Part shown: in pieces, positions 9,089 to 16,096 of the stretch | Position numbering within the stretch: position 1 is the first letter of the stretch | Layout: each line of letters opens with the position of its first letter | Source of the DNA: a bacterium | GTDB lineage: Bacteria > JADJOY01 | Reading direction: 5' to 3' | Assembly (NCBI GenBank): GCA_046331705.1 | Contig: JAXLQJ010000045.1 | Location: 44,252 to 64,251 of the forward strand | Length of the DNA: 20,000 bases | Position numbers and translations under genes: made by a program | The notes under the pieces: generated by a model | Told to the model about the DNA's origin: nothing | Database searches by the model: none | Seen by the model: the letters and a program-made list of their open reading frames with translations, nothing else

Positions 9089-11356
9089 TCACGACTGCGG
9101 AACGACCGGCTCCGCGAGCACGTCCACCGGATGCACGCAGGTATCCAGGCATCCAGGCAGCTCGGGCAAGGCCTCGAGCACGTCGCCGAGCCCACCCTCG
9201 CCGAGGAACGTGTCCACCAGGTTCACCAGATTGCCGTCGCAGATGCAGAAGCGATCGGCGAAGGCACGCGCCTCGTCGCGCTTCCAGTAATAGAGATCCC
9301 ACACCGTGAAGAGGTACCCGAACTCGTAGGAGGTCGGATTCTCGCGCCGGCGCGCGATGCGCTCGACCGGGAAGCGGTAGGCGGGCTCGCGGCGCGCCAC
9401 GATGCCGAGCGCGCTTCTCCTCGTCTCTTGCGCCTCGCGCCACAGCGTGCGCGCGTCCTCGGCGCCGCGCGGATCGAGGCCCAGGTCGGCGCGCCGCTCG
9501 GCGACCAGCCCCCGATCGAGCAGCAGGACGTGGTGGATTCGCCGGCTCGTGATCTCGAGCGCGTCGCGAATCTCGTCGAACCAGGGACGCGCGGCGGTGG
9601 GGACCCCGCTGGCCAGCCGCGCTTGCTCGGCGACGAAGCCGGCGTAGGTCGCGTCGAGCGACGCGAGCCGTGCGATGACGTCGGCTTCGTACGCCGCGAG
9701 GCCATCGGCGTCGAGGGCGCGCACCTCCTCGGGGAGCAGCCGAACGGGCTGGTACTCCGTGCCGGCGATGAAGTGCCCGATGTCGTCGGCGGAGTCCCAT
9801 CCGATCAGCTCCGCGATCCCGTTCCCCTCGAGCAGATCGACGCCTTGCTCCTCGATGACGCGCACCAGCAGGTCCTGCACCGCGGCGGCGCGCTTGCCGA
9901 AGATTCGCGTGAAGCGCGCGAGCGAGGCGCGCCAATCCTCGCGCGCGTCGTACGCCGCGGATGCCGTGAGCCAGTCGTTCAACCAATAGCCCCACTCGAA
10001 GCCGCTCGAGAAATCGATCTGTCCGTCCATGCCGGAGTCCGCGAGCCGGTGGAGATCGTTCCAGCGCGCGAAGCCGTAATGGGGCAGGAAGAGCGGCACG
10101 TCCACGTCGAACGTCACCCAGTACGCAGTCTCGGGATAGTAGAGAACGCGACGCTCGCCGATCTCGCCCAGCAGGAACTCACGCAGCGCCGAGAAATCCT
10201 CGTTGTCGTAGGTCGGTGCACGCCGGAAGAGATCGTAGAACTGGACGGTGTGCGGCATGACGCCGACCCGCGGGTCGGCGATGCCGGGCAGGAAGTTGAA
10301 GTTGATGTCGCCGAAATGCGGCGCGGTCTGCCCGGACGTGACGTGGACCTTCGAGATGAGCTCGACGCCGTAGCTCCGATCGAGCAGCTCGGCGGTGAAG
10401 TTGAGCCAATCGAAGGTGGCCTGGTCGTCGCTCGGCAAGAACTCGGCGTTCCCGAGCTCCACGTTGACGACGTCCCACGGCACCTGCATCAGCTTCGCGA
10501 TGCGCGCCTCGATCTGCGGCTCGCCCGGGGCGTTGCCGTCCGGCACCAGCACCCAGCCGTTCTGCTGGTTGAACTGGAACGGCGTGTCGATGCCCACGCG
10601 CAGCCCGCGTGCGTGCGCCGCGGCCACGATCCGGCCCGCGTGGCGCAGGAACGCGTCGACGTCGACGGTGTCCTGCAGCACCCACTGGACGTAGGTCTGG
10701 CGATTCGCGACCAGCCAGTCGAGGTAACGCTCGGCCTCGGCGAGATGCTCGTCGCTCTCGATCAGGAACGAGTCCATGAGCTCGATCGGGTGCATCGTGT
10801 GAAGGTGGAAACCGCGCCACGCGTAGGTGGGCGCGCGGTCCTCCGCGAGCGTCTCGGGCACGCTCAATCGCTCGGGCACGAAGGTCTGCTCGGGATGGAA
10901 GAAACCGAAGCCGAGCGCCTCGAGGATCGCGTAGATCGCGTACTGGGCGCCCAGCGCGTCGGCGCCGCGAGCAGCCAGCACCGTGCGCCCGGCGTCTTCG
11001 CCGCGTGCGAGCCGGTAGCCGCCGGCGGGAAGATCCGCCGGACGCGCGCCTGCGAGCACGCGGTCGCCGAGCTCGCCCTCTCCCACGGCGAGGATCAGAT
11101 CCACGTCGCTCTCGACCTTCGAGGCCACGTCCACCACCGCGACCGCGTGCCCGCTCGCCGCGGCCAGCAGATCCACGGCGCGCGCGAGCGCGAGCGCGGC
11201 GCCCTCGCCGCCGGGGTCGTGGGTCACGACCGAGACGCGCGTGGCCACCTGCCCGTCTTCGCCCGCGGCGCCGCCACCCGAGCAGCTCGCCAGCGCCAGC
11301 ATGCACGCGAGCGCCGCGCTGCGCCGCGCACCTCGCGCTCCGCCGAACGCGCTCAT
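9089..11356 (-). CDS. Large hypothetical lipoprotein with glycoside-hydrolase-like architecture (GH20/GH67-type N-terminal domain followed by a probable TIM barrel)
   Basis: ATG 11356 overlaps the upstream TGA (ATGA). Lipobox 'LALASC'. 'GGYRL...ARGADALGAQYAIYAILEALGF' and 'DRAPTYAWRGFHLH' resemble hexosaminidase domain 2 and the start of the barrel. 755 aa; function not established. Confidence 0.6.
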   Translation of the reverse strand: MSAFGGARGARRSAALACMLALASCSGGGAAGEDGQVATRVSVVTHDPGGEGAALALARAVDLLAAASGHAVAVVDVASKVESDVDLILAVGEGELGDRVLAGARPADLPAGGYRLARGEDAGRTVLAARGADALGAQYAIYAILEALGFGFFHPEQTFVPERLSVPETLAEDRAPTYAWRGFHLHTMHPIELMDSFLIESDEHLAEAERYLDWLVANRQTYVQWVLQDTVDVDAFLRHAGRIVAAAHARGLRVGIDTPFQFNQQNGWVLVPDGNAPGEPQIEARIAKLMQVPWDVVNVELGNAEFLPSDDQATFDWLNFTAELLDRSYGVELISKVHVTSGQTAPHFGDINFNFLPGIADPRVGVMPHTVQFYDLFRRAPTYDNEDFSALREFLLGEIGERRVLYYPETAYWVTFDVDVPLFLPHYGFARWNDLHRLADSGMDGQIDFSSGFEWGYWLNDWLTASAAYDAREDWRASLARFTRIFGKRAAAVQDLLVRVIEEQGVDLLEGNGIAELIGWDSADDIGHFIAGTEYQPVRLLPEEVRALDADGLAAYEADVIARLASLDATYAGFVAEQARLASGVPTAARPWFDEIRDALEITSRRIHHVLLLDRGLVAERRADLGLDPRGAEDARTLWREAQETRRSALGIVARREPAYRFPVERIARRRENPTSYEFGYLFTVWDLYYWKRDEARAFADRFCICDGNLVNLVDTFLGEGGLGDVLEALPELPGCLDTCVHPVDVLAEPVVPQS

Positions 11357-13359
11357 ACCGCGGGCGACCTCACCGGCCCGGTATCGGTGCGAACCGGCAG
11401 CTCGATCACGAAGGTGGCGCCGGGCGGTGGCTCGCTCTCGGTGACGAAGAGCTCGCCCTGGTGGTCCTGCACGATGGCGAAGGCCATCGACAGCCCGAGC
11501 GATTGACTGTCGCTTTCCGCGCCGTCGTGCATCGGCGGGTCGAAGATCGAGCGCCGTAGCTCGCCCGGGACGCCCGGACCGTCGTCCGCGAAGCGGATCT
11601 CGATCCGCCCCCGCTCGTTGAGCGCGGTGGAGACGCGGATGCAGCCGGGTCCCACGCGACCCTCGCCGTGCAGCGCGCGCGCCGCGTGGGTGACGAGGCT
11701 GGTGAAGGCCTGACGAAGCTGCAATCGATCGGCGGTCGTGGAGGGCAGCTCGCGCGCGAGCGAGAGCTCGACCGAGACGCCCGCGCGCTTGAGCTCGTCG
11801 GCGGCGCCGTCCAGCGTGCCGCGCACGATCGCGTTCACGTCGATCGCCTCGAGGCGCGGCCGGCGGTGACGCGCGAACGCCAGCAAGCGCCCCACGATTT
11901 GCTTGGCGCGCAACGCTTCCTCGTGGATGCGCTCGATCGAGCCGCGCACCTTGCCTTCCACGGCGGGGTTGCGAAGCAAGAGCTGGCTGAACCCGAGCAC
12001 GCCGGTGAGCGGGTTGTTGAGCTGGTGCGCGATGCCGCCGACCAGGATCGCGGCCGCCGACAGCCGCTCGCTCTGCACCAGCTGCTCCTCGAGCTGCTTG
12101 AGCCGCGTCACGTCCTCGGTGATGCCCGCGACGCGGTAGACGCGGCCGTGCTCGTCGCGCACGGGGAACGCGCGTCCGCGTACCCACCGCACCGATCCGT
12201 CGGAGCGCACCACCCGATACTCGAGCTCGCCGACCTCGCCGTTCGCCGCCTGGGTCTGCATGCGCAGCACCCCCGGGCGGTCCTCGGGGTGCACCGCTTC
12301 GAGGGCGCGCACGGCGCCGCGCTCGAGGGGCGGCCGCTCTCGTCCGGTGAGTCGCTCGTACGAGGGGCTGAGATAGAGCACGCGCGACTGGTCGACGTCG
12401 AGGATCGAGAACACGGCGTCGATGTTCTCGGCGAGCTGACGGAATCGCTCCTCGCTCGCGCGCAGGTCCAGATCGGCGCGACTGCGGCCCACCGCGGAGG
12501 CCACGTGGCTCGCGATCGCCTGCACCAAGAGCAGATCCTCGTCCGTCACCTCGTGCGGCGCGCCGTAGTAGATCGTGACCTTGCCCAAGAGCTCGCCGCG
12601 ATAGGCGATCGGCACGAACACCAGCGCGCGGATGCCCTCCTCGCGGATCGCGGTGCGTACCGCGGCGACGCGATCGTCTCGCTCGACGTCCTCCACCACG
12701 ATGGGCGCCGGGTGCGCGTCGCCGCGCGTCCACGGCGAATGGCCCTCCACCGCCTGGCGATAGCGCTCGGAGATGCCCTGCCACGCCTGGAAACGCATCC
12801 GGCCCGTCGCGTCGAAGAGCAAGATCGCGGCCCGGCGCGTGTGCAGGGCGCGCTCCGCGCCCTCGATGGCCTCGGCGTAGAGCTCCTCGATCGGGCGAGC
12901 GTGGCTCGACGCGTCCGCGAGGTTGTAGACCGCGCGCATCGGCTCGAGGCGGCGCCGAAGCTCGTCCTCGAACCGGATTCGCTCGCTGCGCTGCTCGGCT
13001 TGGCGGGCCGCGAGCGAGAGGCGCACTCCGAGCACGGCCGCGTCGACCGGCGTGCGCACGTAGTCATCGGCGCCCGCCGCGATCACGGACGCGATGAGGT
13101 CCGTCTGATCGCGTCCGGCGGCCACCAGCACCACGGTGCGCTCGCCGAGCTGCGCCGAGCGGATCTGACGCACCAGCGACGTCGCGGCGGCGAGCCGCAC
13201 GCTCAGGTCGACGAGCACCAGCGGGAACTCCGCGCGCTGATGACGATCCCACGCGTCGTCCACGCCGCTCGCCGCCACCACCTCGTGTCCGAGCGATTCG
13301 AGGAGCTCGGGCCACGCGCGATGGGTGCGCGCTGGATCTTCGACGAGGAGAATCCGCAT
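11353..13359 (-). CDS. Hybrid sensor histidine kinase-like protein (REC-GAF-PAS/PAC-HisKA-HATPase) with degenerate catalytic motifs
   Basis: REC 'MRILLVED...LVLVDL...GADDYV'. GAF 'GIRALVFVPI...LLGKV'. PAS 'SEERFRQLAENI...VHPEDR...EYRVVRSDGSVRWV...DVT'. H-box 'GIAHQLNNPL' and G1 'DDGPG'. Confidence 0.9.
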   Translation of the reverse strand: MRILLVEDPARTHRAWPELLESLGHEVVAASGVDDAWDRHQRAEFPLVLVDLSVRLAAATSLVRQIRSAQLGERTVVLVAAGRDQTDLIASVIAAGADDYVRTPVDAAVLGVRLSLAARQAEQRSERIRFEDELRRRLEPMRAVYNLADASSHARPIEELYAEAIEGAERALHTRRAAILLFDATGRMRFQAWQGISERYRQAVEGHSPWTRGDAHPAPIVVEDVERDDRVAAVRTAIREEGIRALVFVPIAYRGELLGKVTIYYGAPHEVTDEDLLLVQAIASHVASAVGRSRADLDLRASEERFRQLAENIDAVFSILDVDQSRVLYLSPSYERLTGRERPPLERGAVRALEAVHPEDRPGVLRMQTQAANGEVGELEYRVVRSDGSVRWVRGRAFPVRDEHGRVYRVAGITEDVTRLKQLEEQLVQSERLSAAAILVGGIAHQLNNPLTGVLGFSQLLLRNPAVEGKVRGSIERIHEEALRAKQIVGRLLAFARHRRPRLEAIDVNAIVRGTLDGAADELKRAGVSVELSLARELPSTTADRLQLRQAFTSLVTHAARALHGEGRVGPGCIRVSTALNERGRIEIRFADDGPGVPGELRRSIFDPPMHDGAESDSQSLGLSMAFAIVQDHQGELFVTESEPPPGATFVIELPVRTDTGPVRSPAV

Positions 13360-13455
13360 TCCGCGTTCCGGTGCGAAGCCTACCAGGCTCGGCTCTCGGG
13401 CGTCGGTTCGTCCCGCCGCGGGCGGTCGCTCGTCACCCGCGAGCGCCGGGGATGG

Positions 13456-14259
13456 TCATTTCTTGCGACTGCGCGCGCGCCGGAACTCCGGCTTGCGCTT
13501 CTCGAGGAACGCGTCGCGACCTTCCATGGACTCGGCGGTGTCGTAGAAGAGCCCGAGCGCGCCGACGCCCAGGTTCGTGACGCCGACCGTCCCGTCCACC
13601 TCGGCGTGGAACGCGTACTTGAGCATCTTGAGCGCGGTGGGACTCTTGTCGAGCAGCTCGGCGCACCATTTGTCGACCTCGGCGTCGAGCTGATCGTCGG
13701 GCACGACGGCGTTCACGAGGCCCATCGCCAGCGCCTCGCGGGCGGTGTATCGGCGGCAGAGGTACCAGATCTCCTTCGCCCGCTTCATGCCCACCAGCCG
13801 CGCCAGGTCGCCCGTGCCGTAACCGGGGTCGAAGCTCCCGACGCGCGGCCCCGCTTGGCCGAATTGGGCCCGCTCGCACGCGATGCTGAGGTCGCACGCC
13901 ACGTGCCACACGTGCCCGCCGCCGATCGCGTAGCCGTTCACCCGCGCGATCACCGGCTTGGGGATCGAGCGAATGAGCTGGGTCACCACCTGCCACCCCA
14001 CCTCCAGCGGCAGCGTGCGCACCGATCCCGCGTAGCCGCCCGCTTCGCGCGTCGTCTGGTCGCCGCCGGTGCAGAAGGCGCGCTCGCCGCTGCCGGTGAA
14101 GACCACGACGCCGACATCGTCGTCCATCCACGCCTCGGTGAACGCCTGCGCCAGCTCGTGCACCGTGAGCGCGGTGGCGGCGTTCAGGCGCTCCGGTCTC
14201 TCGATGGTGATCCGAGCCACTCCCGCCCGCGCCTCGTAGCGCACCTCGTGCAGCTGCAT
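13456..14259 (-). CDS. Crotonase-family enzyme, MenB (DHNA-CoA synthase)/BadI (2-ketocyclohexanecarboxyl-CoA hydrolase)-like
   Basis: GGAGGA precedes ATG 14259. Motifs 'AFCTGGDQ', 'GYAIGGGHV', 'FGQAGPRVGSFDPGYG', 'KEIWYLCRRY', 'LFYDT.E..EGRDAFLEKRKP'. Confidence 0.88.
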   Translation of the reverse strand: MQLHEVRYEARAGVARITIERPERLNAATALTVHELAQAFTEAWMDDDVGVVVFTGSGERAFCTGGDQTTREAGGYAGSVRTLPLEVGWQVVTQLIRSIPKPVIARVNGYAIGGGHVWHVACDLSIACERAQFGQAGPRVGSFDPGYGTGDLARLVGMKRAKEIWYLCRRYTAREALAMGLVNAVVPDDQLDAEVDKWCAELLDKSPTALKMLKYAFHAEVDGTVGVTNLGVGALGLFYDTAESMEGRDAFLEKRKPEFRRARSRKK

Positions 14260-14368
14260 CGCGCTCCTCCCGGTCCCGAGTGTGGATTCCCCCACCATCG
14301 TCCGCATTCCGTCGTCGCGCCGCGGCTGCGAACGCCCTTCCGTGGCGCCGCGTGCGATGCGGCTCGAG

Positions 14369-14404
14369 CGCGCAGCATGCTATATCGATCGAGCATCCTG
14401 CGCG
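14369..14404. promoter_or_regulatory. Inverted repeat in the divergent intergenic region, possible operator
   Basis: CGCGCAGCATGCT (14369-14381) and AGCATCCTGCGCG (14392-14404) are 12/13 complementary. They flank a 10-nt spacer and overlap the AT-rich TATAT. Confidence 0.45.
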
Positions 14405-14422
14405 TGTTTCGCACCGCCCCCC

Positions 14423-15688
14423 ATGGACTCCTCCAAGCTCTACGACCCCGCGGTCCTGCGCAACAAGGTTCCGACGCTTCATCCGCGCTATCAGTGGATG
14501 AAGCTCGAGCTCGAGCCGGACGATCGGATCGTGCTCACGACGATCTCCGGCCGCCACACCGTCGAGCACGTGATCGAGCTGACCGGGCTGCCGGAAGACT
14601 CGGTCGCGCGCGTGATCCTCAAGCTCGTGGGACGCGGCGTGGTCTTGTGGGACGACGATCTGCCGTTCTACGACGAAGCCGCCTTGCTCGAGGTCGTCCC
14701 CACCTTCGATCCGCAGAACACCAACCGCAACGCGCATCTCGACGATACCGACCGGATGCTGCTCACGCTCATCAACGGCCGCACCTCGGTGCGCCAGATG
14801 GAAGCGGCCCTGCCGCTCAGCCGAGATCGGCTCTTCGCGAGCGTCATCCGGCTGCGCTTGGCAGACGTGATCGGAGTGGTCGACGCCGGGACCAAACCAG
14901 TGGATGCCCGCGCGGAGGCCGCGGCCGCGGTCACGAGCTACCAGGTACCCGAGTCGTCGGCCTCACCCAGGCAAGCACCCGCGGCACCACCTCCCGCGGC
15001 ATCCGCTCCACCACCAGCCCCCCTACAGCCAGCGACATCGAGCGTCGGCACCGCGGCCAGCGCACCCGAGCCCAGCGCACCCAAGGCCTACAAGACGCGT
15101 CAGGACGCCTTCGAGGAAGCGACGCGGCGCCTGCTATCCGGCGAGTCGCTCGCGGCCGACGTGAGCGATCCCACGGCAACGCCCGCGCCGCGCAAGGGCA
15201 CCGGGCCGGTGCGCGATCACGAGCCGCCGCGCTACGAGCGCAAGACCGGGCGCGCCGGCGACAAGAAAGAGAGCAAGAAGACGCGCACGGCGGAAGTGCG
15301 CGCCCGCGCGGCCGCGGAACCCGCGGCGAACCCGGGCTCGCGGCTGCCGGTCATCGCCGTCGGTGGCTTGATCGCGGCGGCGTTGGTGGTCGGCGGGTTG
15401 GCGGTGGGTCGTGGCAAGGACCGTGCGAATCTGCGCGGCGGCCACCAGACGATCGAGTCGTTCCACGGCATCATCGAGCTTTCCCAGATCCTGCCGCGTC
15501 AGTCCGGCAAGTTCCAGGCGCAAGTCGCGCCGAGCTGGTTCCAGATGTCGAGCGCCGCCAAGCGCCAATCCGTGCGTGGAATGGCCACCGCGCTCGACGC
15601 CGACGGAGTCAAGGCGATCGTGCTCACCGACGACGACGGCCGGATCGTCGCCGAGTGGGAAGACGGGGCGCTGACGCTGCACGAGTAG
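14423..15688 (+). CDS. Hypothetical single-pass membrane protein with two tandem winged-helix-like repeats, a Pro/Ala-rich linker and a small C-terminal extracytoplasmic domain
   Basis: ATG 14423 (MDSSKLYDP). Two ~75-aa repeats, low-complexity 'PAAPPPAASAPPPAP', TM segment 'VIAVGGLIAAALVVGGLAVG', and a globular C-terminus. Confidence 0.75.
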   Translation: MDSSKLYDPAVLRNKVPTLHPRYQWMKLELEPDDRIVLTTISGRHTVEHVIELTGLPEDSVARVILKLVGRGVVLWDDDLPFYDEAALLEVVPTFDPQNTNRNAHLDDTDRMLLTLINGRTSVRQMEAALPLSRDRLFASVIRLRLADVIGVVDAGTKPVDARAEAAAAVTSYQVPESSASPRQAPAAPPPAASAPPPAPLQPATSSVGTAASAPEPSAPKAYKTRQDAFEEATRRLLSGESLAADVSDPTATPAPRKGTGPVRDHEPPRYERKTGRAGDKKESKKTRTAEVRARAAAEPAANPGSRLPVIAVGGLIAAALVVGGLAVGRGKDRANLRGGHQTIESFHGIIELSQILPRQSGKFQAQVAPSWFQMSSAAKRQSVRGMATALDADGVKAIVLTDDDGRIVAEWEDGALTLHE

Positions 15689-15691
15689 TTC

Positions 15692-16086
15692 GGGGGGCTT
15701 TTCAAGCCCCCCGCCCGCCGTGGCAAAGCCACGGCGGGGCCCACCCCCAAGTCACTCGCTTCGCTCGCGGCTCGCCGCTGGCTCGCGGAGATATCGACGG
15801 CGCGCGTGGAGTCCGGGGCGCCTCTCCAATGCCGGGAGACGCAATCCGCGGCTTTTCAAGCCCCCCGCCCGCCACGGCAAAGCCGCGCCGAGGCCCGGGG
15901 CCCACCCCCAAGTCACTCGCTTCGCTCGCGGCTCGCCGCTGGCTCGCGGAGATATCGACGGCGCGCGTGGAGTCCGGGGCGCCTCTCCAATGCCGGGAGA
16001 CGCAATCCGCGGCTTTTCAAGCCCCCCGCCCGCCACGGCAAGGCCGCGCCGGGGCCCACCCGAGGCGACTCGCTGCGATCGTCGGC
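15692..16086. repeat. Intergenic tandem repeat, ~154-161 bp unit x ~2.5, palindrome-rich (REP/BIME-like)
   Basis: GGCTTTTCAAGCCCCCCGCCCGCC starts at 15696, 15850 and 16011. 15736-15880 is identical to 15897-16041. It fills the gap between two convergent genes. Confidence 0.93.
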
Positions 16087-16096
16087 AAGCGAACGC

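Noticed and set aside
11357..12784. N-terminal ~476 aa of the 1231-aa ORF 9089..12784
   Set aside because: It is an Arg/Ala/Gly-rich off-frame reading of the kinase gene. The real protein starts at ATG 11356 with a lipoprotein signal.
15692..16086. CRISPR array
   Set aside because: The units are ~160 bp and nearly identical throughout. There are no unique spacers and no cas genes in the window.
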